From: an uncultured Planctomycetaceae bacterium
GTDB lineage: Bacteria > Planctomycetota > Planctomycetia > Isosphaerales > Isosphaeraceae
Reading direction: 5' to 3'
Length of the DNA stretch: 64,000 nucleotides
NCBI GenBank assembly: GCA_963833985.1
Contig: CAWIAD010000001.1
Location: 2,080,001-2,144,000, forward strand
The notes below the pieces were generated by a model. The model was not told the origin of the DNA, made no database searches, and saw nothing but the letters and a program-made list of their open reading frames with translations. Positions 12,063-23,035 of the stretch are shown piece by piece (position 1 is the stretch's first letter; every line of letters begins with the position of its first letter). The translations under genes were made by a program, and so were the position numbers.

Positions 12063-13809
12063 TCAAAGCGTCTTGAGATACTCGACGAGCTGCCTGCGCT
12101 CGTCGTCGCCCAGGTTCGTCCCGTACTCCTCTCCCTCGTGGCCGGCGTTGCTGTTGCCCGTGATCGGACGCCCGGTGGCGTCAAACACGTTGAACTTCGG
12201 GAATCCGGGAACATCGGTCAGAAAACCGACACGCACGGGGTCGAACGTGCGAACGCCCACGCTGAACGACTTCGACCGCATTGCGGCGGGCTTGAACAGC
12301 TCGTCGAGGTTCGGCACCGAGCCGTTGTGCAGGTACGGAGCCGTGGCCCAGATGCCATTGAGCGGCCGGGCCTTGTACTGCACCGCCGGGACCGTCTGCG
12401 GAACGAATTGCCCCGCGGCAGCCACGTTGCCGATCCGGATTTGCGACAGGTAGTCGTGGGGCGCAGGCCAGTAAGAGCCGAGGATCGTACCGATCACCTC
12501 GTTGGTCACCATGACCGATGCGCTCGCGACTGGCGGGATCCGGGTCGTGAACGGAACCAGGTTCACGTTCGCTCCTTCAAGCTTGCCGGAGCGCCCGGTC
12601 CGGTTGAAGAAGTTGAGATACGTTGCGGGATCCGTCTGGTCTGGCTTCATGTAGGAGACGATCACCCGGTTGGGATCCTTGCGATTGGCCACCACCGTAT
12701 GGCAGGTGTCACACTTGAGCCGCTGGTAAATCGCCTGGCCCCTGGCCGCGTCGGCCTGCTGGATTGGAGGAAACCCCGCCGGCCACTGCGGCGACCAGAG
12801 GGTCTTCAAGAGGTTCTCCAAGTCTGCGAGATTGCGCAGTGCGCACGGACGACGAATACCCCAGGGGCGACGGGTCGTCCGGAATCGTGAAGTCGGCAAA
12901 GACGCCGAGGACCTCGCCGACATTGCGTGCGAGGCTTTCGGCATCCAGCGGTCCGCCGCTCTTGGCAATGCCGATCCACTGCTCCAGCTCCTGAAAGGGC
13001 GTATCCCAGATGAACGGATAACTCACCGGGGCGTTCGCCGGCTGCGTATTGTCGACCGGCGAGGCGGGTGACTTGAGCGCGTGGTAAAACACCTCGTTGA
13101 CGATCGCTCCGACTGCGTCGAGGCGGCCATACTCGTCCGGCGCGGGGGCGGGGCGAGCGGGGTCGTATCCCGGGAAATTCCGCTGGTTGTAAGCAACACG
13201 GCGGTCGATGACCGCGCCGATCTGGGCTTTCAGGTAGGCCTGTGCGGTGGGATTGTTCTGCTTGCCAAGCACCCGCGCGGCGAAGCGCGCGAGCTTTGCC
13301 GGATCGTCGCGCGTCTGCTGCATCGCCGTGACCATGCCCGAAAGCAAGGCCCGGACGTCGGCCTGGGTGGGCGCCCCGTCCACGCGGTAGGCGGTGTCGC
13401 CAAGCCGGATCTCGCTGGTATGGCACGCGGCACAGGTCAGTCCCAGCCAGGCTCGACCCGTACCCTGGTCTGCCACGAAACCAACCGGCAGACCGTCGGG
13501 ATTGAGGGCGCCAGACAATTGCGGCAAGTAGCGGTATTTGAGGATATTTTGATTATCCCGGAAGAGGGTCGCCGAATCGGGCTGCTCGAGTGCCAGGAAC
13601 CAGTCGTAGGGGATGATCTGCGATCCCTGCGACGTGAAGTAAAACCGCAGGCTGACCGCGGGGGACCAGCCCTGATCGAGATAGACGACCTTCGTCGCCG
13701 GTTCGCCCAGCGGGTCTGCCGTGGGCACGAACGCGTCGCGTGAAGGGCCCGGTTCGTCGGCCGCGGCCGGGCACGACAGCACCAGCGCCATGAGGACAGG
13801 GCCAAGCAT
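12063..13809 (-). CDS. Secreted di-heme cytochrome c, RoxA/peroxidase-like, one frameshift near 12840
   Basis: Signal peptide; heme motifs CAACH and CDTCH; YGRLDA; YKARPLNGIWATAPYLHNGSVP. The two ORF-track halves join at SSSVR/LRNL. Confidence 0.82.
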
Positions 13810-14093
13810 GGTGGAAGTCTCCGTGAAAGTTGCTCGCACGAGGTGGCAATTGCGTTGAGAAACGCCGAAAGCGTCCGAAAGGATTCCGTATTTTAGCGGT
13901 CCTCGGGAGCAAAGCCAGACACGAACCACACGAATCAGCAGAGAACGGCGCGAGCGGGACGGGCCTTCCGGCACCTTGACAGCCTCTTGGCGCGGCCCCG
14001 ATGATAGGCGTTTTGCCCGATCAACCTTCTTGACGGCCACGGCGCGTCCCGCCCGGGTTCTTCGGATATGCCGAAAAAGAGGAGCATACGCTG

Positions 14094-16181
14094 ATGTTCT
14101 TGCGTTCTGGACATGGTTTTCTTCTTGCCAGTCTCTGCCTCATGAGCATTGTTGCGACGGCCTGTGCGGATGAAGGCATGTGGGTCTTCAACAATCTTCC
14201 GCTCAACACTCTGAAGGCGCGGTATGGCTTCGAGCCGCCAGCCGGCTGGGCCGAGCACCTGAGGTCGGCCGCGGTGCGTTTCAACAATGGTGGATCGGGC
14301 TCGTTCGTATCGGCGGACGGACTGATCATGACGAACCACCATGTCGGTGCGGACACGCTGGCGAAGCTCGGGACCAAGGACAAGGACTATTACCGCGACG
14401 GGTTCTTCGCCAAGAGTTACGACGAGGAGGCCAAGGCCCCCGACCTGGAGCTGAACGTGCTGGTCGGCATCGAGGACGTGACCGGGAAGGTCACCGAGGG
14501 CCTGACCTCCGGAATGGACGACGCGGCCGCCGAGAAGGCGCGGCGCGGGGCGATGGCCCGCATCGAGAAGGAGTCGGCGGAGAAGACGGGGTTGCGCAGC
14601 GATGTGGTGACGCTCTACCAGGGCGGGCAGTACCACTTATACACCTACAAGAAATACACCGATGTCCGGCTCGTCTTCGCGCCCGAGTTCGACGCGGCCT
14701 TCTTCGGCGGTGACCCGGACAACTTCGAGTACCCGCGCTACGATCTGGACATCTGCTTCTTCCGTGCCTACGAGAACGGCAAGCCCGCCCGCCCTCCGCA
14801 TCACCTGAAGTGGAGCAAGAACGGCAGCAAGGAGGGCGACCTCGTCTTCGTGGCCGGCCATCCGGGGCGTACCGATCGCTTGAACACGCACGCGAGCCTG
14901 GAATTCCTGCGAGACGTCTCCTTCCCCGGACTCCTCGATTTCTTGCATACGAAGGAAGCCTTCCTGCTGGAATACGGCAAACGCGGGGCGGAAGCTTACC
15001 GGCAGGCGAAGGAGGACCTGTTCGGCATCCAGAACAGCCGCAAGGCCAGGGTCGGCGGCCTGGGAGGATTGCGCGACGAGACGTTCATGGAGCGCAAGAA
15101 GCAGGCCGAGAAAGAGCTCCGTGCACGGATCGCGGCCGATCCGAAGAAGAAGGAGGCCTACGGAGCGGCGTGGGAGCGAATCGCGGAGGCCCAGAAGTCG
15201 GCCGCCCGGCTGCTCAAGCCGTACAACTTCCTCGAGCGCGGGTTCGCGTTCGATTCAAGGCTCTTCCGGATCGCCCGGGTCCTGGTTCGACTTGCCGACG
15301 AGAAGACAAAGCCCAACTCCGAGCGGCTCAGAGAGTATCGCGAGTCCGGCATGCCGTCCCTGGAGCTGCAACTCTTCTCCGACGCGCCCATCTATCCCGA
15401 ATACGAGGAGGCCAGCCTCACGCAATCGCTGGAATACTGGAAGAAGCACATGCCGGAGCATCCGCTGGTCGAAAGCGTGCTCCACGGACGCCCACCGGCG
15501 GAGGCCGCGCGCGAACTCGTTCGCCACTCGAAGCTGGCCGACATCGCCCTGCGCAAGAAGCTCGCCGAGGGAGGCAAGGCCGCGGTCGAGCAGTGCGATG
15601 ACCCGATGATCAAGCTGGCACTCGCCGTTGATGCGGACGCTCGCGCTGTTCGCAAGGAGCGAGAGGATCTGATCGAAGGGGTGGAAGCCTCGAACTACGC
15701 CCTGATCGCCAAGGCGATCTTCGAGGACCAGGGAGACTCGGTCTATCCCGACGCCACCTTCACGCTCCGCCTGGCGTTTGGCGTGGTCAAGGGATATGAA
15801 GTCGACGGCAAGACGATTCCGGCCTATACGACCATCGCCGGCGCGTTCCAGCACGCCGAAAAGCACGGCAACACGGACCCGTACGCGCTGCCGCGCTCCT
15901 GGCACGAGGCCAGGAAATCGGGCATGCTGAACCTGGAGACCCCGCTCAATTTCGTTTCCACGGCCGACATCATTGGCGGCAACTCCGGCAGCCCGGTCGT
16001 GAACCGCGACAACGAGGTGGTCGGCCTGATCTTCGACGGCAACATCCAGTCGCTGGTCCTCGATTTCGGCTACGACGATCAGGTCGCACGCGCCGTGTCG
16101 GTGGACTCGCGCGGCATCCTGGAGGCGATCCGGAACATCTACCACGCCGAGCGGCTGGTCAAGGAGATCGAGACTCCATAG
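14094..16181 (+). CDS. S46-family dipeptidyl peptidase
   Basis: Signal peptide then ADEGMW; TNHHV; FGGDPDNFEYPR; catalytic DIIGGNSGSPV; GLIFDGN. Confidence 0.93.
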   Translation: MFLRSGHGFLLASLCLMSIVATACADEGMWVFNNLPLNTLKARYGFEPPAGWAEHLRSAAVRFNNGGSGSFVSADGLIMTNHHVGADTLAKLGTKDKDYYRDGFFAKSYDEEAKAPDLELNVLVGIEDVTGKVTEGLTSGMDDAAAEKARRGAMARIEKESAEKTGLRSDVVTLYQGGQYHLYTYKKYTDVRLVFAPEFDAAFFGGDPDNFEYPRYDLDICFFRAYENGKPARPPHHLKWSKNGSKEGDLVFVAGHPGRTDRLNTHASLEFLRDVSFPGLLDFLHTKEAFLLEYGKRGAEAYRQAKEDLFGIQNSRKARVGGLGGLRDETFMERKKQAEKELRARIAADPKKKEAYGAAWERIAEAQKSAARLLKPYNFLERGFAFDSRLFRIARVLVRLADEKTKPNSERLREYRESGMPSLELQLFSDAPIYPEYEEASLTQSLEYWKKHMPEHPLVESVLHGRPPAEAARELVRHSKLADIALRKKLAEGGKAAVEQCDDPMIKLALAVDADARAVRKEREDLIEGVEASNYALIAKAIFEDQGDSVYPDATFTLRLAFGVVKGYEVDGKTIPAYTTIAGAFQHAEKHGNTDPYALPRSWHEARKSGMLNLETPLNFVSTADIIGGNSGSPVVNRDNEVVGLIFDGNIQSLVLDFGYDDQVARAVSVDSRGILEAIRNIYHAERLVKEIETP

Positions 16182-16203
16182 AGCGGTTTGCACCTGGACC
16201 GGA

Positions 16204-16239
16204 GGGCAGGCATTCTCTGGCAGACAGGAATGTCTGCCC
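16204..16239. repeat. REP-like palindrome / possible bidirectional terminator
   Basis: GGGCAGGCATTC (16204-16215) pairs with GAATGTCTGCCC (16228-16239) between convergent genes. Confidence 0.5.
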
Positions 16240-16338
16240 CCCTTCCAAGACCCGTAAACTGCCTGCAACCCTTCAAAAAATGGCTCTGGCAGGTGCTTGT
16301 CGCCGGCCCCTTACCACGGAGTGCCATCGCAATACCGT

Positions 16339-17034
16339 TCACGGCCGCGCGTAGCGCCGGCCTTTCACGTGGATGTCGTCGAACATCCCGGTGTCGTCGA
16401 ACGAGCCGACACCAATCTGGCCGTGGCGGAACGTGCGATCGTGAGCGGTCATCGCGGGGTGATCCATGTCGTCGAAATAGACTTCGACAAGCCCGTCCGC
16501 GACCTTGCGGACGATGCGCACGTGGTGCCAGCCCTCGGTCCACGGAGTGCCGGCCGTGCGCGACCCGGCAATCGAGACGCGCGGGGTGCCGTTGACGATG
16601 AAGATGCTGTTGGCATGCTCGTCAGCTTGCTTGCCGAGATGAACATAATAGAAATGGCTGGCATCCTCGCGGCCGAAGAAGAAGCAGAGGTCGCGGTGGC
16701 CATAGTCGCGGGTCGTGGAGCGCACCTTCACGTCGAGCACGAAGTCGGTCACATCAAGATCATTCGCCAGCGCGATGTTCAGCGGCGAGCGCACCGCGGG
16801 CTCGTACTTGCTCTGCCGGAATTGCTCGAGCACGCGGTTTGACCCGGGCTGGACGGTACTGATACGCCAGGCGGCCGGGTCGGTGAACGTCCATCCGGAG
16901 GGCTCGGCGCGCTCGAAGTTGTCTTGAAGCAGCGGTGCAAGCGGCTCATCGGCATTCAAGGATGCGGCCAGGCCTGCCAGGACGGCAAAGCCGGTGAGGG
17001 CCGTCCGCAGCGAGTGTCGAAAACGGTTCGTCAT
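16339..17034 (-). CDS. Secreted beta-sandwich protein (DUF1080/concanavalin-like)
   Basis: Signal peptide ending LNA-DE; DNFE, WHHVRIVR, GQIGVGSFDD..FDDI pattern. GGAG RBS before ATG 17034. Confidence 0.65.
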   Translation of the reverse strand: MTNRFRHSLRTALTGFAVLAGLAASLNADEPLAPLLQDNFERAEPSGWTFTDPAAWRISTVQPGSNRVLEQFRQSKYEPAVRSPLNIALANDLDVTDFVLDVKVRSTTRDYGHRDLCFFFGREDASHFYYVHLGKQADEHANSIFIVNGTPRVSIAGSRTAGTPWTEGWHHVRIVRKVADGLVEVYFDDMDHPAMTAHDRTFRHGQIGVGSFDDTGMFDDIHVKGRRYARP

Positions 17035-17120
17035 GAGGAGTTCTCCTGTTTCGTGCAAGATAGCAGGTTTTCCAGGGGATGAAAGCATCGCCCGGGGCCG
17101 AACGCGGGTGAGCTGCGTTC

Positions 17121-17149
17121 TTGACAGCCGCGCTGGCGACTCCTATCAT
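17121..17149 (+). promoter_or_regulatory. Sigma70-type promoter upstream of the cobalamin riboswitch
   Basis: TTGACA (17121-17126), 17-bp spacer, TATCAT (17144-17149). Confidence 0.7.
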
Positions 17150-17164
17150 TCGGAGCGTCCTAGT

Positions 17165-17364
17165 GGTGCTGGTGGCCGGTCCGGTAGCCTGCCGGAACCG
17201 GCGAACAGGGAATCCGGCGCGAATCCGGAACGGCCCCGCCGCTGTGAGCGAGCGCTAAAGAGCGTCTTCCCCTCTTGTTGCCATTGTTGGTCCGGCCCGC
17301 GAGGGATCGGACCGATGAGAAGGCCAGACACTCCAGCTCGCGAGTCAGAAGACCTACCAGCACC
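17165..17364 (+). ncRNA. Cobalamin (B12) riboswitch
   Basis: Closing helix GGTGCTGGT/ACCAGCACC; AACAGGGAATCCGG-CGCGAAT-CCGGAACGGCCCCGCCGCTGTGA core; GCCATTG...GAGAAGGC; B12-box GAGTCAGAAGACCTACC. Confidence 0.9.
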
Positions 17365-17497
17365 CGTACTCGTATCGCTCTGCGCGGGACGAGCGATGCA
17401 GAACCGGTCCCCCCGGAATTCTTCCAGCCTCGGTGGCGCTGTGAATTGCGCCCTCGGGCGAAATTCACGGGGCGGGCACTGGAAGCCGAGGTTCTGA

Positions 17498-17725
17498 ATG
17501 ATGGCGCGCTTCTCGACACGGGCGGGCGCTCGGGCGCTCGTGATGACCGCGCTCGTCGCCGGATCCGCCGCGGTGTGCGGCTGCGGGGCGAGCTCGGCGC
17601 CGAGCGATGGCACGCTCTCCGAAACCGCCCAGAAAGCACTCCTGAAGCGCAAGGTTGATGTTCAGGACCGTCCCGGGCGCAAGCCGCGTCCGCCGGGCTC
17701 GGGCTCCAGACTCCAGGGGCATTGA
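17498..17725 (+). CDS. Small putative lipoprotein (75 aa)
   Basis: Basic N-terminus, hydrophobic stretch and lipobox-like AVCGC; lies between the riboswitch and the DUF1559 gene. Confidence 0.6.
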   Translation: MMARFSTRAGARALVMTALVAGSAAVCGCGASSAPSDGTLSETAQKALLKRKVDVQDRPGRKPRPPGSGSRLQGH

Positions 17726-17755
17726 ATCGCGCCCCGAGAACCAGAAAGGGCCACG

Positions 17756-18937
17756 ATGAGGCTGCATCAAACACTCGCTCGACCGCGTCTCATGGACCGG
17801 CGCGGCCGGGGTTTCACGCTGATTGAACTGCTGGTCGTGATCGCGATCATCGCCGTGCTGATCTCGCTGCTCTTGCCGGCGGTGCAGTCGGCGCGCGAGG
17901 CCGCGCGGCGGGCGCAGTGCGTCAACAATCTCAAGCAGCTCGGGCTGGCCCTGGCCAACTATGAATCCGGTCAGGGAAGCTACCCGTACGGCATGGCACG
18001 CGAGAACACGGGAGCGAACTCGTTCTCGCCCAACGGCTATTACATCGGCAGCAGCGTCTTCGTCCGGCTGCTTCCTTACCTCGAGCAGCAGGTCCTGGCC
18101 AGTTCCTACAATTACAGCTTGACGAACTGGGTTGCCGACAATTCCACCGTGGGAGCGACCGGCCTGTCGGTCTTGTGGTGCCCGAGCGACGGGGCTGTCT
18201 CCGGGCTGCACTTGCAGTTCCCGGGCTGGGGCTGGGACGGCTCGACGCAGATCCTCACCTACACGAGCTACGCCGGATCGATGGGCAACTTCTGCAAGGT
18301 GCCGATCCATGTCATATCAACGTCTCAGCATATGTCTGTGCTAGCGCAGGCCGACGGGCTTTTCTTCTACCTGGGCTGGCCGGGGATCAGCCCCCCCGTG
18401 CAGCCGAACCCGATCGCACCCCAGAATCCCGGCGGGATTCCTCCGGTGCGGCTGGCCTCGGTCACGGATGGGCTCTCGAACACCCTGGCCTTCGGCGAGA
18501 AGGCTCACGGCAAGTTCAGCCAGACCCCGGATGCTTACGGATCAATCGATTATCAGTACAACGGCGCCTGGGTTTCCGGCAACTTCGGCGACACGCTGTT
18601 CACGACGCTCTTCCCGATGAACCCGTTCGGCCGGATCAGCGACGACCCCAACCCCAACGGCGATTTTTTCTACAGCTACGACAACCAGGAAGACAACTTC
18701 TCCATCGCTGCATCGAGCTATCACCCCGGCGGCTGCAACTTCGCGTTCGCGGACGGCTCGGTGCGGTTCCTCAAGGACAGCATCAACTCCTGGCCGTACG
18801 ACCCCGCGACCGGCAAGCCGACCAACGTGGGCTATGACCCGACCACCTGCCTGTTCAGCGTGGCTCCGGCCCCTGGCGTGTACCAGGCGCTCGCCACGCG
18901 CTCCAAGGGAGAGATCATCAGCGCCGATCAGTACTGA
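17756..18937 (+). CDS. DUF1559 prepilin-type N-terminal cleavage/methylation protein (H-X9-DG)
   Basis: [61 protein letters not shown]. Confidence 0.95.
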   Translation: MRLHQTLARPRLMDRRGRGFTLIELLVVIAIIAVLISLLLPAVQSAREAARRAQCVNNLKQLGLALANYESGQGSYPYGMARENTGANSFSPNGYYIGSSVFVRLLPYLEQQVLASSYNYSLTNWVADNSTVGATGLSVLWCPSDGAVSGLHLQFPGWGWDGSTQILTYTSYAGSMGNFCKVPIHVISTSQHMSVLAQADGLFFYLGWPGISPPVQPNPIAPQNPGGIPPVRLASVTDGLSNTLAFGEKAHGKFSQTPDAYGSIDYQYNGAWVSGNFGDTLFTTLFPMNPFGRISDDPNPNGDFFYSYDNQEDNFSIAASSYHPGGCNFAFADGSVRFLKDSINSWPYDPATGKPTNVGYDPTTCLFSVAPAPGVYQALATRSKGEIISADQY

Positions 18938-18977
18938 GGCTGGCCGGCGCTGCTAAGTAGAGCCTCGACTCCAGGAA

Positions 18978-19031
18978 TGTGGGCCAGCCGCCCTCGGCTG
19001 GCTCAGGACGGCCGAGGGCGGCTGTCCCACA
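18978..19031. repeat. REP-like palindrome between convergent genes
   Basis: TGTGGGCCAGCCGCCCTCGGCTG and CGGCCGAGGGCGGCTGTCCCACA form a 23-bp near-perfect stem. Confidence 0.55.
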
Positions 19032-19054
19032 CTTTCCCTCTTCTGGGGAGCTAT

Positions 19055-20188
19055 TTAGACATCGATCACGTAGATATCGACATCCTTCGTCAGCTTCATG
19101 AGCTGATCGAGCAGCGCCCCGCCCAGGAGCCGCCGGTACCAGGGCCGCCGGCTCTTGCCGATGACGATGACCTTGATGGCGTATTCCCGGGCGAACGCAC
19201 ACATGGTGCTGGCCACGTTCGGACCACGGAACTGCATGGGCAAGCCGCCAAGCTGCTGGGCGAGTTCCAGGTTCTTGCTCAGAATGCGCTGGGTTGCCGC
19301 ATCGATGCGGGTGAGGTCTTCCGAGGGGGTCTGAACGTAGACCGCGTACCAGGGCGCATTGAGCCGGTCGGCAATCCGTGCGGTCTTGCGCAGCAGCGCC
19401 GAGGCGTTCGGGCTGAGGCTCGAGATGCCGACCATGACCCGGTCCGTGGTGGCAATGGGCGCCTGGTCGGCCTCGGCCCTGCGCGTGCGGCGGTCGATCA
19501 GGTGGGCGATCTCGGTGAGCGTGAGCTCGCGCAGCCGCGTGAGGTTGACGGGAGTGAAGAAGTTCTCCAGCGAGGTGTTGATCCGCTCCTCGGGATAGAT
19601 CTTGCCTGTCCTGAGCCGCTCGATCAGGTCCTCGACCGAAACATCGACGTTGACGATCTGGTCGGCGTCGGCCAGGACGCGATCCGGAAATCGCTCCTTG
19701 ACCTTCACGCCGGTGGTGCGTTCGATCTCGTCGTAAAGGCTCTCGAAGTGCTGGATATTCACGGTGGTGATGACATGGATCCCGGCGATGAGCAGGTCTT
19801 CCACGTCCTGGTACCGCTTGGAGTGCTTGCTGCCGGGAACGTTGGTGTGCGCCAACTCGTCCACGAGGCAGACGGTGGGCCTGCGCGCCACGATCGCCTC
19901 CAGATCCATTTCCCTGAGTTGAACGCCGCGGTATTCGATGACGCGCGGGGGGACGATTTCCAGGTCAGCAAGCTGCTCCTGGGTCTCCGCGCGGCCGTGG
20001 GTTTCCACGATGCCGATGACCACGTCAACGCCCTGCTTCTTCAGCCGCTGGCCTTCGCGGAGCATGGCGTAGGTCTTGCCGACACCGGCCGCCGAGCCGA
20101 GATAGACCTTGAGTCGTCCCCGGGCCTGGCGGCGGATCAGGGTGAGGAACTGCTCGGGGGTTGGCCGGGGTGGTTCGGCAACGCTCAT
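19055..20188 (-). CDS. kdpD: Stand-alone KdpD N-terminal sensor + USP domain protein (no TM, no kinase)
   Basis: GRLKVYLGSAAGVGKTYAML, ETHGR, VDELAHTN, KRYQDV, NIQHFES, LRELTL, then a USP-like domain and stop. Confidence 0.88.
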   Translation of the reverse strand: MSVAEPPRPTPEQFLTLIRRQARGRLKVYLGSAAGVGKTYAMLREGQRLKKQGVDVVIGIVETHGRAETQEQLADLEIVPPRVIEYRGVQLREMDLEAIVARRPTVCLVDELAHTNVPGSKHSKRYQDVEDLLIAGIHVITTVNIQHFESLYDEIERTTGVKVKERFPDRVLADADQIVNVDVSVEDLIERLRTGKIYPEERINTSLENFFTPVNLTRLRELTLTEIAHLIDRRTRRAEADQAPIATTDRVMVGISSLSPNASALLRKTARIADRLNAPWYAVYVQTPSEDLTRIDAATQRILSKNLELAQQLGGLPMQFRGPNVASTMCAFAREYAIKVIVIGKSRRPWYRRLLGGALLDQLMKLTKDVDIYVIDV

Positions 20189-20204
20189 GGCCGTACTCCA
20201 CGCC

Positions 20205-20770
20205 TCATTCCGCGGCCTGAAGCTCATCCAGGGCCAGGTTCAGCTTCAGCACGTTGATGCGCGGCGGTGCGCCGATGATCGCCGCAGAGTGATCGGTGTG
20301 GCGAGTGATCAGCGCCGGACCCGTTCATCGGGAAGATGGCGGGCGGCCGCGACGCGTCCTGCCTGGTAGAAGGCGGCCTCCGGGCTGATCTCGGGGTCGA
20401 GGCCGGAGCCCGAGGCCGTCACCAGGTCAACCGGAATGGGGTTTTCCGGGGTGGCCTTGAGCGCCTCCGCCCGCTCGACGACCTTCTTCCGGAGGTCGGG
20501 GTTCCTGGTGCCGAGGTTCGAGCCTCCAGCGGCGTCCGCCTTGTAGTCGACGGCCGAGGGGCGGGGGTGGAAATAACGGTCCGAGGCGAACGGCTGCGCG
20601 ATCAGCTCCGAGCCGATCACGGTGCGATCGCCCCTGAGGATCAGGCTCCCCTCCGCCTGGTGCGGGAAGGCAAGCTGGGCCAGCCCCCACACCACCGTGG
20701 GATAGGCCACGGAACAGAGGATGAAGGAAACGAGGCAAGCCAGCAGGGCTGTGATGGACTCGCGGATCAT
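20205..20770 (-). CDS. kdpC: K+-transporting ATPase subunit C, one frameshift near 20315
   Basis: GSELIAQPF, YFHPRPSA, GGSNLG, DLVTASGSGLDPEIS. The shifted tail reads ALITRHT...PRINVLKLNLALD to a stop at 20205. Confidence 0.9.
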
Positions 20771-20817
20771 GGTCAAGAATTCTCCAGTCCCAGAGCGTTG
20801 AAATGCAAGACCTCGCC

Positions 20818-22959
20818 TCAGCCCATGCCCACAAGGGCGAGCAGCGGGTCGATCAACATGTCGATGAGCTTGATGCCAGCGAACGGCGCGATCACGCCGC
20901 CCAGCCCGTACCAGAGCAGGTTCCTGCGCAGCAATGCCTCGGCACCGACGGGCCGATAGGTCACTCCCTTGAGGGCGATCGGAATGAGCATCGGGATGAT
21001 GACGGCGTTGAAGATCACCGCCGCCAGGATGGCCGAGTACGCTCCGCCGTGGGTCGCCAGGCCCATGATATCCAGGTTTTTGAGCTCAGGGAGTGTGACG
21101 ATGAACATCGCCGGGATCACCGCGAAGTACTTGGCCAGGTCGTTGGCGATGGAAAACGTGGTCAGGGCACCGCGGGTCATGAGCAGTTGCTTGCCGATCT
21201 CGACCACCTCGATGAGCTTCGTCGGGTCGCTGTCGAGATCGACCATGTTGCCGGCTTCCTTCGCGGCCTGGGTGCCGGAATTCATGGCCACGCCGATATC
21301 GGCCTGGGCCAGCGCGGGGGCGTCGTTGGTGCCGTCGCCCATCATCGCCACGAGCTTGCCGCCGTGCTGCTCCTTGCGGATGTAGGCCAGCTTGGCCTCG
21401 GGAGTGGCCTGGGCGATGAAGTCGTCCACGCCCGCCTCCTCGGCGATGGCCTTCGCCGTGAGCGGGTTGTCGCCGGTGACCATGACCACGCGCAGGCCCA
21501 TCTTGCGGAGTCGTGCGAACCGTTCGCGGATCCCCTGCTTGAGGATGTCCTCGAGCTTGACGATCCCCACGAGCCGATCGTTCTCGGCTACCGCCAGCGG
21601 GGTGGCTCCGCGCGAGGCAATAGAATCGACGGTCGGCTGATAGGCCTCCGGGATGGTGCCGCCTTGCTCCTGGATGTAGCGCGCGATCGTATCGGGCGCT
21701 CCCTTGCGAATCCGCGTTCCATCGGGCAGGTCCACTCCGCTCATCCGGGTCTGTGCGGTGAAGTCGATGAACCGGGAGCCGGCCGGAGCCTCGCCATCAA
21801 GAGCGGCTGGCCTGGCCAGGTCGAGGATGCTCTTCCCCTCGGGCGTGATGTCGGCCATGGAGGCCAGCCCAGCCAGCCGTGCCAGATGACGGTCGGACAC
21901 TCCGCCCAGGGGAACAAACTGGGTGGCGCGGCGGTTGCCGATGGTGATCGTGCCAGTCTTGTCCAGCAGCAGGGTGTCGATGTCGCCGGCCAGCTCGACG
22001 GCCTTGCCGCTCTTGGCGATGATGTTCGCCATGAGGGCACGGTCCATCCCCGCGATGCCGATGGCGGCGAGCAGAGCGCCGATGGTCGTCGGGATCAGGC
22101 AGACCAGGAGCGCGATCAAGGTCGGAATGTCGAGGGTCAGCTCGAAGTACCGGGCCATGGGGTAGAGTGCCGCGGTGACGATCAGGAAGATCAGCGAGAA
22201 GGCGGCCAGCACGATGGTCAGGGCAATCTCGTTGGGTGTTTTCTGGCGGATCGCCCCTTCCACGAGGGCGATCATCCGGTCCAGGAAACTCTGGCCCGGT
22301 TCGGAGGTGACCTCGATGATGATACGGTCGGAGAGGACGCGCGTGCCTCCGGTCACCCCGGAGCGGTCGCCGCCGGCTTCGCGGATGACCGGAGCACTCT
22401 CTCCAGTGATCGCGCTTTCATCCACCGATGCCACACCGGCCACCACCTCGCCATCGGCGGGGATGACCTGCCCGGCTTCCACCAGTACAAGGTCGCCGGT
22501 GCGAAGCTGCGTGGACGGAACGAGCTGGCCGTCCTGGGAAGCGAGGCTTTCGATCCGCAGAGCCGGCGTATCCTGTCGGGTCGCACGCAGGCTGTCGGCC
22601 TGGGCCTTGCCGCGCGCTTCGGCCAGGGCCTCCGCGAAATTCGCGAAGAGAACGGTGAGCAAGAGCAGCAGGGTCAGCGCGAACTGATAGACGACGAGCC
22701 CCAGCGCGGCACCGGTGATGATGGACTGCACGGTGACAATGGCCGTGAGCACGGTTCCCACTTCGACCAGGAACATGACAGGATTACGCATCATGGACCG
22801 CGGGTCGAGCATGATGAACGAGCGAACGGTCGCCTGGCGGATCATGTGGGGGTCGAACAGGCCGAGCCGGCGCGCCTGCCGCCTCTGGAGCTTGAACGCC
22901 TGGGCTTCGGCGGCGGAGCGCGGCGAGACCGTGGACTGGGTCGAGACTTCGACGCTCAT
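20818..22959 (-). CDS. kdpB: K+-transporting P-type ATPase subunit B
   Basis: [22 protein letters not shown] phosphorylation motif, [13 protein letters not shown]. Confidence 0.97.
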   Translation of the reverse strand: MSVEVSTQSTVSPRSAAEAQAFKLQRRQARRLGLFDPHMIRQATVRSFIMLDPRSMMRNPVMFLVEVGTVLTAIVTVQSIITGAALGLVVYQFALTLLLLLTVLFANFAEALAEARGKAQADSLRATRQDTPALRIESLASQDGQLVPSTQLRTGDLVLVEAGQVIPADGEVVAGVASVDESAITGESAPVIREAGGDRSGVTGGTRVLSDRIIIEVTSEPGQSFLDRMIALVEGAIRQKTPNEIALTIVLAAFSLIFLIVTAALYPMARYFELTLDIPTLIALLVCLIPTTIGALLAAIGIAGMDRALMANIIAKSGKAVELAGDIDTLLLDKTGTITIGNRRATQFVPLGGVSDRHLARLAGLASMADITPEGKSILDLARPAALDGEAPAGSRFIDFTAQTRMSGVDLPDGTRIRKGAPDTIARYIQEQGGTIPEAYQPTVDSIASRGATPLAVAENDRLVGIVKLEDILKQGIRERFARLRKMGLRVVMVTGDNPLTAKAIAEEAGVDDFIAQATPEAKLAYIRKEQHGGKLVAMMGDGTNDAPALAQADIGVAMNSGTQAAKEAGNMVDLDSDPTKLIEVVEIGKQLLMTRGALTTFSIANDLAKYFAVIPAMFIVTLPELKNLDIMGLATHGGAYSAILAAVIFNAVIIPMLIPIALKGVTYRPVGAEALLRRNLLWYGLGGVIAPFAGIKLIDMLIDPLLALVGMG

Positions 22960-23035
22960 GGGCAAGGTTCCGATGGAAGATGGATGGTGTCAGACCGGGA
23001 AAAGCAGCGGCGCAGTCGGGCTCTCCGGACAGAGC

